From: the human T2T-CHM13v2.0 reference genome, Homo sapiens
DNA length: 64,000 nt
Assembly: GCF_009914755.1 (NCBI RefSeq)
Contig: NC_060948.1
Strand: one strand, 5' to 3'
The notes below the pieces were generated by a model that made no database searches, had not been told where the DNA came from, and saw nothing but the letters and a program-made list of their open reading frames with translations. Positions 48,601 through 61,129 of the stretch are shown in pieces (position 1 is the stretch's first letter; each line of letters starts with the position of its first letter). A program made the translations under genes and the position numbers.

Positions 48601-51600
48601 GTTCAAGAGATTACCCAACTTCACCCTCCTGAGTATCTGGGATTAAAGTTGTGCACCATTTTGCCCGGCTACATTTTTGTAGAGACAGAGATTCACCATG
48701 TTGGTTGTCCAGGCTGGTCTTGGAGTCATGAACTCAGGCTAACTGCCTGGCTCAACTTCCCGAAGTGCTGAAATAACAGGCAGGAGCCACCATGCCCGTC
48801 TCTCTAGTTCTTTTCATTCTGACTGTAGAGTGTTGATTTAAATCTGTCCCACTTTCTGATGTGGGCATTTAGTGCTATTAATTTTCCTCTTAACACTGCT
48901 TTAGCTGTGTGCCAGAGATTCTGGTAGGTTGTGTCTTTGTTCTCACTGGTTTCAAGCAACTTCTTTCTTTCTTAACGTTGTTATCTACCCAGTTGTCATT
49001 CAGGAGCAGGTTTTACAGTTTCCATGTAGTTGTGCAGTTCTGAATGAGTTTCTTAATCCTGAGTTCTAATTTTAGTCCACCCTGGTCTGAGAGACGGTTT
49101 GTTTTGATTTCTGTTCTTTTGCTTTTGTTGAGGAGTGTTTTACTTCCAATTATGTACTCAATTTTAGAATAAGTGCTATATGGTGCTGAGAATAATGTAC
49201 ATTATGTTGATTTGGGGTGGAGACTTCTGTAGATATCTATTAGCTCTGCTTGGTCAAGAGCTGAGTTCAAGTCTTGAGTATTCTTGTTGATATTCTGTCT
49301 CATTTATCTGTGTAATATTGATAGTGGGGTGTTAAAGTCTCCCACTATTATTGTATGGGAGTCTAGGCTGTGTAAGTCTCTAAGAACTTGCTTTATAAAT
49401 CTGGGTGCTACTGTATTAGGTTCATATATATTTAGGATCATTAGCTCTTCTTGTTTCATTGATCCCTTTACCATTATGCAACTACTCTGTCTTTTTTGAT
49501 CTATGTCGGTTTACAGTTTGTCTTAGGAGAGACTAGGATTACAATCCTTTTTTTTTTTTTTAACTTTCCATTTGCTTGGAAACTATTCCTCCATCCCTTT
49601 CTTTTGAGCCTACATGTGTCTTCACTCATGAGATGGGTCTCCTGAATGTAGAATAACACAGGGTCTTTACTCTTCATCCAATTTGCCAGTCTGTGTACAT
49701 TAATTGGCAAACTTAGGTCATTTACATCGAAGGTTAATATTGTTATGTGTCAATTTGGTCCTGGCATAGCAATAATAGCTGGTCATTTTGCATACTAGTT
49801 GATCCACTTTTTTCATAGTGTTGTTGGTCTTTATATTTTGACATTTTTTTCAGTGGTGAGTACAGGTTTTTTCTTTCCATATTTACTGTTTTCTGCAGGA
49901 GCTCGTCTAAGGCAGGCATGGTGATGACAAAAACCATCTACCTTTGATTGTCTGTAACAATTCTATTTTTGTTTTATTTATGAAGCTTTGTTTGCCTGAA
50001 TATAAAATTCTAGGTTGAATTTTTTTTTTTCTTTAAGGATGCTGAATATTGGCCCCTACTCTCTTCTGGCTTGTGGGGTTTCTGCAGAGAGAGCCGATGT
50101 TATTCTGATGTGCTTCCCTTTGTAGGTAACCTGACCTTTCTCTCTGGCTGTCCTTAACATTTTTTATTTTTGTTCAACCTTGGAGAATCTGACAGTTATA
50201 GGTCTTCATGTTGCTCTTCTCAAGGAGTATCTTAGTGGTGTTATCTGTATTACCTGAATTTCAATGTTGGCCTGTCTTGTTAGGTTGTGGAAGTTCTACT
50301 GGATAATGCCTTGAAGTGTGTTTTCAAACTTGGTTCCATTTTCCCCATCACTTATAGGTACACCAATCAATTGTAGGTTTGGCCTTTTGACATGGTCCCA
50401 TATTTCTTGGAGGCTAGTTTGTTCCTTTTTATTCGTTTTTCTCTAGTCTTGTCTTCATCCTTTATTTCATTAAGTTGATCTTCATTCTCTAATATCCTTT
50501 CTTCATCTTCATCAATTCAGCTATTGATACCTGTTTTTGCTTCACAATGTTTCTTGCGCTGTGTTTTTCATCTCCATGAGGTCATATATGTTCTCCTCTA
50601 AACTGGTTATTTTTGTTAGCAGTTCCTGTAATGACTTATCAAGGTTCTTATCTTCCTTGAATTGGGTTAGAACATGCTCCTTTAGCTCAGAGAATTTTGT
50701 TATTACCGACTTTCTCAAGTTTACTTCTGTCAATTCATCAACCTTATTCCCCATCCACTTTTGTGCCCTTGCTGCAGAGTGCTTGGAATCATTTGGAGGA
50801 GAAGAGGCATTCTAGTATTTTTGAATTTTTAGCACTTTTATGCTGGATATTCCTCATTTTTTGTGGATTTATCTACCTGGGATCTTTGATGCCGATAGTC
50901 TTTGGATTGGGTTTTGTGTGTGTGTCCTTTTTGTTGATGTTGATGTGACTGATTTCTGTTTGTTAGTTTTTCTTCTAACAGTCAGGCATCTCTTCTGCAG
51001 ATCTGCTAGAGTTTGCTGGCAGTCTACTTTAGATGCTGTCTGCCTGGGTGTCACCATCTGAAGTTGCAGAACAACAGTAATTGGAAGATTTGATCCTGAG
51101 TTGTACCTAACTGGTGCCAGCCAGAGCTCTCCTGTAGAAGTATCTGTTGAGCCCTGCTGGGAGGTGTCTTCTAGTCAGGAGACACATGAGTCAGGGACAC
51201 ATTTGAAAAGGCAGTCTGTCCCTGAGCAGAGCTCGAGCACACTTCTGGGAGATACACTGCTCTCTTCAGAGCAGGCAGGCAAGAATGTTTAAGTCTGCTG
51301 AAGCTGCACTCCCAGCCATCCCTTTTCTCACAGTTTCTTTCCCAGAGAGATGGGACTTTTACATATAAGTCCCTGACTGGGGCTGCTGCCTTTCTTTCAG
51401 AGATTCCCTACTTAGTGAGGAGGAATCTAGAGAGCCAACCTGGCCACATCTGCTTTGCTTGCTTGTGTGAGTCCCATGCAGTCCAAACTTCTTGGCAGCT
51501 TTCTTAACACTGTGAGGGGAAATCCTTATACTCAAGTCTCAGTAATGGTGATCAACCATCTCCCCACCAAGCTTAATCATTCCAAGTTGACTTCAGACTT

Positions 51601-52160
51601 CTAGGTGGATAGTGAGAATTTGAAGCCAGTGCATCTCTGCTTGCTGTGCTGCATGGGAGTGAGACCTGATGAGTGAGACCACTTGGCTCCCTGGCTTTAG
51701 CCCCCTTTGCAGAGGTGTGAATGGTTCTTTGTCACTGGGGTTCCAGGTGCCACTGGGGTACATAATATTTTTTTGCAGCTATCTCAGCCTCTGCCCAAGC
51801 AGGCACCCAGTTTTGTGCTTGAAACCCAAGGCTGTGGTTGCATAGGCATACTAGGGAATCTCCTGGTCTGTGAGTTGCAAAACCTGTGAGAAATGTGCAG
51901 GATGTGGACTTCATAGCACAGCCCCTGATGGCTTTCCTTGGCTAGGGAGGAAGTCCCCAGCCCCTCACACTTCCTTGGTGAGGCAACACTCACCTGTATC
52001 TGCTGCCTTTTGTGGGCTGCACTCAATGTCTAACCAGTCCCAACGAGATGAACTGGGTACCTTAGGTGGAAATGCAGAAATTACCGGTCTTTTGTTGGTC
52101 TCTGTGGGAGCTGCCAACAAAAGCTTTTCTTTTTCAACCATCTTGCCAGATGCCCACTGG
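45624..52160 (-). mobile_element. Near-full-length inactive L1PA (PA7/PA8-like)
   Basis: 3'UTR and T-tail at ~45624; ORF2 fragments ([53 protein letters not shown]); ORF1 fragment (50542-50754); 5'UTR beginning GGCAAGATGG near 52148. Confidence 0.93.
48498..48800 (-). mobile_element. Alu inserted in L1 ORF2
   Basis: Perfect 15-bp TSD TCTCTAGTTCTTTTC at 48483-48497 and 48801-48815. Confidence 0.9.
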
Positions 52161-52524
52161 CTTTTATTCTTATTTAAAGTGTACACTCTTGAAATTACCA
52201 GAAGTTTCACTTGTGATGTTTAAAAGCAAAAAGAAAAAGAACAGGGAGAAATATTTTAATAAATTAGTCTCTGTCTTCAAATGTCAATCAAAATCAGTGC
52301 CACATTGTGAAAGGTGAAGGAAAAACTAACAGACCAAAATCATGTGATTTCACATTTTGGCTCACTTTGAAAAAGCAGATTTAAGAAGGAAAACCTCCAG
52401 AGTTCTATTCTGTATCAAATATTAAGTGTTGCAAAATATGTACTGAAATTGAAATCAATGGTTTTTTTCAGTTCCCAAAGAAACTAGTTTGTACTGTAGC
52501 AATTCCTGTTGCTGCTTTCACATC

Positions 52525-53004
52525 TGTGGGGGTTCAGTCAGGATGGTGGGGAAAATTATCAGATGCAAACCTTACTGGAATGACTGCGGGGTTGGCATCA
52601 GCTCCAGTAATAAACTTGGATGAAGGCAGCCTTTTCCCTTTATTTAAATATGTTAGAGTAGAAACAAAGGAATATGGGGTGTTTGTGTAACTAGCTTGCT
52701 TACTCGTGAGGTCTGAAGACTATCCTTTGACTTTCCACAGGTGCTTAATTTCTTTCTAATCAGAAGTCCACACTGTCAATTACCCCTTAGTGGTTTTGAC
52801 TCAAGCCTTTGTCAATTAGTCGTTACTGAATAAATGCAAGTCTTAGTAGTTGGTCAGGGCCACAGTCAAAAATGTTTACACCACTCTGCCTGCAGTCTGT
52901 AAGCAGCCCAAATGCTCAGCTGGACTGGCAAAGCAGAGTATCTGCGTTTCAGAGTACTTTATTCACCCACCATTGAGTCAGGGTCTGTGGGACAGACCCC
53001 TGCA
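52525..53004 (+). mobile_element. Solo LTR22-family (HML-5) LTR
   Basis: TGTGGGGGTTCAGTCAGGATGGTGGGGAAAATT...CAGGGTCTGTGGGACAGACCCCTGCA; AATAAA near 52830. Confidence 0.85.
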
Positions 53005-53534
53005 GACACCTGTAAAGGAATCACTTTGTTGAATGAGATCTCTACATAGTGAAGTATCACACTAATTCAGCACATTGTCTTATTAGCTACAACTTACTAT
53101 CTCATTGTAGAAATCATCAATTAAAAAACAGGATCAATGCCACAATAGGTACTAGCATATTTTTTTTAATGTTTACTAAGTAGAGCTCAGACTACGATCA
53201 GTTTTCTGTGGCAAAACATATGCATGCTTCTTTTGGCAGCAATTATGGAATAATGAGAAAACAATAATAACAAAAAGCACCAGTCTGAAGATGTCATGTA
53301 CTGTATGATCGCATTTCTATGACATTATGAAAAGTCTACAGCGAAGGTAAACCGACCTCTGATGTACAGTGGTTTGTAGAGGGCAGGGAGTGAGTTGAAT
53401 AGGGGAATAGGATGTTGGAAAGAAGTACAAATGGGCCAGTTAGAATTAAGCTCCCTCTGGTTGGTGAGATCATGCTATGTGTTTGGAAGAGCCAGTAGTG
53501 TGTAGTACCAGCGTGAATAAAAAGGCTCCTACTC

Positions 53535-53826
53535 TGCCTGGCGTGGTGGCTTATGTCTGTAATCCCAGCACTTTGGGAGACTGAGGTGGGTGGATCACGA
53601 GGTTAGGAGATAGAGACCATCCTGGTTAACACGATGGAGCCCTGCCTCTACTAAAAAATACAAAAAGATTAGCCAGGCATGGTCGTGGGCACCTGTAGTC
53701 CCAGTTACTCAGGAGGCTGAGGCAGGAGAATGGCATGAACCCATGAGGTGGAATTTGCAGTGAGTGGAGACTGCGCCACTGCACTCCAGGCTGGGTGACA
53801 GAGCAAGACTCTGTCTCAAGAAAAAT
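53535..53826 (+). mobile_element. Alu (Y-like)
   Basis: 15-bp TSD AAAAGGCTCCTACTC at 53520-53534 and 53827-53841. Confidence 0.93.
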
Positions 53827-53929
53827 AAAAGGCTCCTACTCACTCTAGAAGAGAAGGATCTTCTTTCACTACACATTAAACTATTTCAGGACCAATTCTC
53901 AGGAAGCCTTTGTTGTATGGGGTAAAAGA

Positions 53930-55262
53930 ATCATAAAATAAAATTCACCAATCTAAACATTTGTAGGTGTATAGGTAAGTGGCATTAAGTATGTTTATGT
54001 TATCGTGCAACCACCACCACCATTGCACATTCTCACCAGCAATGCACAGGGGTTCCATTTGCTCCACATATTCTCCAACTCTCCTTTTTTCCAAAATAAA
54101 TAAATAAATAAATAAAAAATAAAGGCATTCTAGTGGGTATAAAGTGGTAAGCTCATTGTGGTTTAGATATTTGTTTACCTAACGGCTAATGATGTGGAAC
54201 ATATTTTTATGTGCTTAGTGGCATTGAATTTGACAATGGTTTCCTGGGTAGGACAGAGAATGCACAGAAAACAAAAGAAAAAAATAGATAAAATGAACTT
54301 CCTTAAAACTAAAATCTTTCATGCTTCAAAGGACACTATCAGGATAGTCAATAGAAAACCAACAGTGTAGGACAAAATATTTGCAAGCCATATATAAGAA
54401 TAAATGTCTACTATCCAGGATATAGAAAGAATTCTTACAACTCAAGAACAAAAAGACAAACAATCCAATTAAAAAAATAAATTAATTAATTGAAAATACT
54501 TTTCTCCAAAGATACACAAAAAAACACATAAAAATTAGCTCAACATCACTCACCTCAGAGAAATGCAAATCAAAGCCACAATAAGACACCACTTCACACT
54601 CATTATAATTATTATTATTTAAAACCATAAACTAAAATGTGTTGACATGGAAATGGAGAATCACAAAGGTAAAATAATTCCTCTTCTGTGGAAAATAGCT
54701 TGATATTTCTGCAAAAAGCTAAACATAGAATTATCATAGAAACCAGCAAATCCACTCCCAGGTATATTCACAAAACAATGTAAAGTAGGTATTAAAAAAA
54801 AGTGTACACATATATTGATAGCAGAATTATTCACAATAACTAAAACATGGAAAAAACACAAATGTCCATCAATAAATAACAGGAAAACAAAATGTAGCAT
54901 ATCCTTACAATGGCATAATATTTAGCCATAAAAAGGATTGAGACATTCATACTACAATGTGAAGATACTGCAAAACCATTGTGTTTAAAGAAGCTAAGCA
55001 CAAAAGTCACGTATTGTATGATTTTATTTATAAACATATCCAAAATAAATAATTTCACAGAGAAAGAAAACAGATTGTTAATTGTCAGGAGTCAGAAAGA
55101 GGACAGATTGGGTAGTAGCTCCTTAATAGGTAGGGGATTTCCTTTTGAGATGATGAAAATAATTTGGAATTAAGAAGTGGTAGAACATGCACATTCCTGT
55201 GTCACTGAATTATACCTTAAAAAACAGTTAACATATTATGGGAATTATACCTCAATAAAAAA
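53930..55262. mobile_element. Old L1MB/MC-type 3' fragments in both orientations
   Basis: GAAATGCAAATCAAAGCCACAATAAGACACCACTTCACA, CCAGCAAATCCACTCCCAGGTATA, TATACCTCAATAAAA. Confidence 0.75.
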
Positions 55263-55420
55263 TTCCTATCTCCAGTATTCCATCAGCGGGCTGAAGTCTC
55301 TTTCCATGGTGTCCCCTGAGCTTGGGGTTCAAGTCCCTTTACAGTGCAGGACTGCTTGTGGCCTGGGCAGAAACATTCTGGACACATGCTTCAGCAACTA
55401 TGTCCACCAGCTCCTAGATC

Positions 55421-56160
55421 TGTTACTGGTGGAAAGTATCGGAGTTACTGGCAGCAAATCCATCTGCGTCTTTAGCAATGTCAGTTCTTGCCTCCTCAGG
55501 TGAAAGAGTTCAACTGATGGGCATAAAGAAGGAAAAAAAATCCTGAGGCAAGTTTCACAGCAGGAGTGGACATTTATTAAAAAGCTTTAGAGCAGGAAAG
55601 AATGAAAAGTGCACTTGGAAGAGATCCAAGTGGGTGACTTGAAGAACAAGTGTGGCCATTTCTCTTCATTCTGGGACTTTATAGGCTGGCCCACCTTGAG
55701 CATCTGGTGCACCTTTTTCCATGATTCTTTCCTAAGTGTGGGCTGCCAGCAGGCACAGTGCCCTCCTTACCCTTGAGAAGTGAGCATAGGCAGTGTGTTT
55801 GAGCATTTATATGCATGCCCATCTGAAGCTTCCTCCCTTTTTTTGGTGGAGTGACCCCAGAAAGTCATGCTGTACCATTTCGTCTCTTAATGTGCATGTC
55901 TCAGTTCACTCACCCAGTATGTAAAATTTTACTAGAAGCCCTTTTTCCCCCTCCCGGGAGTGTGACTTTAGTTAACACTTTAATGTTACCAGCTGTGTAT
56001 CAGTAGGAACTTGTCTATCCCTGGCTCTGCTGCTAAATTATTATTTTTAGAAAAGCAATGTGATAACTGTCCAACCATTACCCGATGGCCTGACATTCCT
56101 GGTAGGTGGATGGGAGAACTCTCTTCTGCCCCACTCATGCCTGTGTAACTTCCTGTAACA
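55421..56160 (-). mobile_element. MER50-like solo LTR
   Basis: TGTTAC...GTAACA termini; GAGGCAAGTTTCACAGCAGGAGTGGACATTTATTAAAAAGCTTTAGAGCAGG; 4-bp TSD GATC/GACC. Confidence 0.78.
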
Positions 56161-56979
56161 GACCCATTGGCCATTTCCAGCTGCAGGTCACTTTTTCTCT
56201 GCTGCCTTTCCAGACTCCCAGTGATCAGTGATGCCTCCTCAGGGTTTACAACGTCTTCTGTATCTTGCTCAACTGTAATCCAGACCTCAAGACATAATAC
56301 CCATGGGTTGTTCCATTTCAATAAAGGGAAATTAACATTTCCTGAGCACCACCATGTGCAGGTGTCTTGCTCAGGTGAACTCACAGCAATGCTGCAAGGT
56401 ATGGGTAGTCCCACATGTAGAGGAAAATCCCAGGATCATGTGATTGAGTGACTGACTTTCAATCACACAGCTTCCTAGTAACTTCAAGGTTATTGATTTC
56501 ATTTTTAAAATAATCTGTATGTCTTTACTGGTATTTTCAGTTTTGAATCACTGTACTCCTGGGTTCCCTTAAGTCTTTGAGAATAGTAAAATGAAGTGAA
56601 TTGAAATATTGGATAGTATTCAGCATATTTGGATAACAAATTCTTAACATCCACAATTCCTTAGTTTGTGGGTTGTTTACTTGTGTAGCAACCCTCCAGA
56701 GCTATTTTTGTGGTCTGCATTCTTTGTGTTGTATATCCACTTAATCTGTGTTCTGTCACCTTTTTGATGGTCTACTATTCTCGACATATTTTTTAAAAAC
56801 AATCCAAGAAAAAAAAAAAGGAAAAGAAAGAAAAGAAAAACTGCCCAGACTTTGGATATGGACTCTTTGAGGAACTCTAGTGTTTAGCCCAAACTCAGGG
56901 AAAAGTGAAAAGCTTTGGGGTCTTCTCCATGCATGCATCCAAAAACCGGCATACTTATATCCTTCTAAATATACCAGTA

Positions 56980-57310
56980 GGAGTCTTTGTGTGGTGGTTC
57001 ACATATGTAATCCCACCAATTTGGAAGGCTTAGGAGAACAAATCACTTCAGCCAGAAGTACGAGACCAGTCTTCACAACATGGTAAGATCTCTTCTGCTT
57101 AAAAAAATACAAAAATAAGCTGGTTCTGGTGGCCCATGCCTATGCTGTGAGATGCTGACAGGGGAGGATAGGTGGAGTCCAGATAGGCGAGATGCTCAGG
57201 TGGCTAAGGTGGGAAGTTCATTTGAACCCAAAGAAGTTGAGGCTGCAGTGGATCACGATCATGCCAGCGGACTCCAACGTGGGCCACAGGGCAAGTTCTG
57301 TCTCTATTTA
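56980..57310 (+). mobile_element. Old diverged Alu (J-like)
   Basis: GTGGTTCACATATGTAATCCCACC...GTTGAGGCTGCAGTG. Confidence 0.75.
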
Positions 57311-57921
57311 AAACCTAATCCAAAACAAACAACAATAAACCGTGAGAGTTTTTCAAAGCTGATTTTCCGCCTCAATTTTCTTCCCAGACTCTTCTTGCAG
57401 GCCTTTTGTTTGTGTACCGCTTGACCTGACTCTTTTTCCTTGCTGCAAGTGGCTCTGACTAGTATATTTCCTTTCCATAAATGCCTCCTGGGAGTCAACT
57501 TCTGCCCACAAGAAAGCTCTGAGGTGGGCTAAAGAAAAGCCTCTGAGCTAATAATCTCCAAGGGAACCTCAGACATTTTAAATCACACAACCATAATTCT
57601 TTGAGATAAGCTCTCTATTTTCCCCATATGCATCAAAAGCTGCATCTATAATTTAATCTTCTTCACAGTGGCCATGAAGCCATGGAGTGGGTGATGATGG
57701 GAAGTTAAAATGACACATACTGTCTCGCCCAGACTTAGAGGTCAGGTCTTTCTTCATTAAACACACTCCTGAGTTATGTTATTAGATTCCAGAGCTCCAA
57801 AAGTCAAGTCTGAGGTCTTTTTCTCTTCCTTATATCTCTGCACTTTTAACCCAATGAACTCTAATGACAGCATAAAATAGAAACTTGATTAAATTTGCCT
57901 TGCTTTTTAATGTTCAGAGAG

Positions 57922-58210
57922 GTTTTCTGAGATGGAGTCTCCTTCTGTCCTACAGGCTAGAGTGCAGTGGTCCAAACTCAGCTCCCAGCAGCCTCTGCCT
58001 TCCAGGTTCAAGGGATTCTCTTATCTCAGCTTCCTGAGTAGCTGGAATTACAGGCATGCACCCCCACGCCTGGCTAATGTTCTTATTTTTAGTAGAAAGG
58101 GGGTTTCACCATTTTGGCCAGGCTAGTCTCAAACTCTTGACCTGAAGTCATCCACCTGCCTCAGCCTCCCAAAGTGCTGGGATTACAGGCATGAGCCATC
58201 ATGTCCAGAC
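57922..58210 (-). mobile_element. Alu
   Basis: GAGATGGAGTCTCC...CCCAAAGTGCTGGGATTACAGGCATGAGCC. Confidence 0.9.
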
Positions 58211-59797
58211 TGTTTTGTTAGATTTTATTTCAGGCTGCTTCCATCATTATCACGAGAGCCATTCTGTCTTTCACATAATAAGAAACAGTTAAGAAATGTA
58301 CGTTTTTGTTAGTAATTTTAATAGATATAACTTTATTATTTTCCAAATTATTAAGAGCTCAGTTAATTCATTTCACCACGGTATGGTAGTTGTTACAAAA
58401 AATTAAGTTCCATCTTCCACCAGTTTAATCTCACAGTCTCTAACTCAACTATTTGAGTGTAAAAATTAACTTTATAATTAGACTATGTAACGTTCAGCTC
58501 ATGTATTATTATTGCATTAGTGGTGTTTTATATAATTAAATGTAAGGGTGATATTTTAGGACATTATCATATTCATCTTGCAGAATCATACCCTCCTAAG
58601 AAGACAGAGTTACACTGGGTAGTTGTAGGCATTTCACTATAGAGTTCAAAACACACTCCTCAGATTTCAATGGGAAATGAAAAGTGAAATGTTCTGACGG
58701 TTCTGGATAATATGGCCCTAACCAGTAAGGAGATGGCTTGTGTCTTCTGTGATAAAAAGAACAATAAATAATGAATTACTTGAGATTTCCCTACATGTTT
58801 GTTTCCTGTATTGTTTGAGTTTTAAATAATGAAAAATCTAAATAATAACTGTCATAATAAATTTAAGCAATAAAAACTTTTCAATACATTTTAAATATAA
58901 AATATTTATATTTAGTTATATGAATTAAATGGTCAGTGTACATTTCGTTATTCATGTGACTTCAACAGGCTCTCAAGTATAGGGAAGAGTATGCCAAGTT
59001 CCCACCTCTAAATGTCTTATAGCTAGGATGGATAGAAATGGAAGGAGTGAATAAAAAATTAACATAAGCTTATCTGCAACTCAACTGAAATCTTGTTTCA
59101 TAAATAATCTATAGACGTGGTATTCAAATATTTAACACTGAAATTACAAAGTTGCATTTTTTACTATAATATTAAGCACTTATAGAGAAGTTATTATATC
59201 TCTGAATTTTAGCTTAAAATGGTGGATATAATAGTAAATAACACTGAAATAGCTCCTCACTGTATACAATAACAGTTAATAGTAAAGCAGAAAGGAAGAA
59301 GAATAGAAAGAAAAAGAAAAGAGATGTGTTTTATCCATTGAAAAGAAGAATAATTCTAGACCCTCAGTGAGAAATCAGTTGAAGTAGGAAATAAATTAAG
59401 ATGTTGATACTATCATTTAGGGAACAATGAATGATGACCTCAACTGGAATGTATAAACAGCAACAAGAAAAAAAATTTGTAAGTGGTATATAATAAAAAA
59501 GTTATTGTAGATAAAATATGAAAGATATGAGGGAAAATAATATATTTGGAATACCTCAGTTTTTATGTTATACAGATGATGTATTTTTAGACAAGATAGT
59601 GATGGAAGAGAGAGGCATGTAGAAAGTGTAAAGAAGTTCAGGGGAAGTTATCAATTTAGCTATCTTAATCTTGGGGTGCTTGTAAAAAAATAAAAGCATA
59701 ATGTATAGGAATCCAAAGGTCATAACACTGGTTGAATTCATTAGAACTACAAGTTTAAAACAGAAGAGGCTTTTGTCTCAAAACAACATCAATAAAA

Positions 59798-59927
59798 AGC
59801 CAGGTGTGGTGGTGTGCATCTGTAGTCTCAGCTACTGTGGAGACAAATGCAGGAAGATTTCTTGAGCCCAGGAATTTGAGGCTGTAGTCAGTCCAGGTCT
59901 CACTACTGCACTCCAGGCTGGGTGAAC
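59798..59927 (+). mobile_element. Alu monomer fragment
   Basis: AGCCAGGTGTGGTGGTGTGCATCTGTAGTCTCAGCTAC...CACTCCAGGCTGGGTG. Confidence 0.8.
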
Positions 59928-60405
59928 ATTTTCTTAAGGAAAGAAAAGAAAAAAGGAAGGGAAAAGGGAAATGAGCAAGGGAAGGAGGAAGAGGTATTCT
60001 GTGTAGTTACCTTAGTGGTCTCATGAACAGACATCTATGAGATAAAATGAAAGACAGGGCACGTAAAGTTAAATAGAGAAATCAGAGGTAAGTTGAGTCA
60101 TGTAATCCAAAGCAAAATAGTATTTCAGGAATGAGGGTGTGAATCAGTTCTGTAGATACACATGACTGCTTGAGTAATATGCAACAGACAAGTGAAATAT
60201 GGGATTTAGTGACAAGTATAAGATATGATTCTAAAAAACAGGGTAAATGCCTGAAGAAAAGAGGGTTAAGAGAAATAAAATTAAACCTTGTCAGGGCAAA
60301 CTCTTTCCATGAGTCTTGTTATCACGGCAAATAAACAAATGAGTTGAGAGTGCCGTATCTAGGACTAAGACTAACAGCATGTAGATCTAGTAAAGAAAAT
60401 GATCA

Positions 60406-60666
60406 AGCCTGGTTTGGTGGCTCACACCTGTACTTCCAGCACTTTGGGAAGCTGAGGTGGTGGGTCACTCGAGGTTTGTTCAAGACCAGCCTTGGCAACA
60501 CAGTGAAACCCCATCACAATTAAAAATTCAAAATTTAGCCAAGCATGGCAGTACATGCCTCTAACATCAGATACTCAGGAGGCTGAGGCAGGAGAATCAC
60601 CTGAATCTGGGAGGCTAAGGTTGCAGTGAGCTGAGATTGTGCCAGAGACTCCGTCTTCAAAAAAAA
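60406..60666 (+). mobile_element. Alu
   Basis: GGTGGCTCACACCTGTACTTCCAGCACTTTGGG...GAGACTCCGTCT plus A-tail. Confidence 0.88.
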
Positions 60667-61129
60667 TTAAACTAAACTAAAATAAAAGAGTAAGGATAAT
60701 GATCCTGTAGGTAGAGTGAAGAAGTAATGGTACAGAGAGATAACAAATAATAAGTAAATCAGTCTTTTAAGAAGTTCTGAAATCCAAAGGACAGGTGAAG
60801 AGAGTCATAGATAGGAGCAGAAAAATAATACACAAATCTACAGGAGCTTTATTGTTGGTGGTGATTTCTCATGAGAAAGAAACACAAAAGAAAGTGTGAA
60901 TAAGAAAGTAGTCTCCATTGGTTGGTAGAAAACAAAAAAAAAAAAGGAGAAAACAACAACAAAATAATGTAAATTATATAACATTAAGCTTTAGCGTTCT
61001 TCATCCCTTCCCACTGTGATTGTTTCCCCAAGAAATAACAGAATCCAAATAGTCAAAATAGAAGAAACCTTTAGCATATATTACTGTCTATATACATTAA
61101 GCCCATTTTATTTTAATTATAATTCATTC

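Noticed and set aside
45624-52160. Potentially active full-length L1
   Set aside because: ORF1 and ORF2 are fragmented by many stops, an apparent internal deletion near 46945 and an Alu insertion; the 5'UTR is CpG-depleted.
58225-58745. Possible additional USP9Y-like exons (AAATGTACGTTTTTG match, acceptor-like sites)
   Set aside because: Similarity is limited to ~15 nt and does not extend in any frame.
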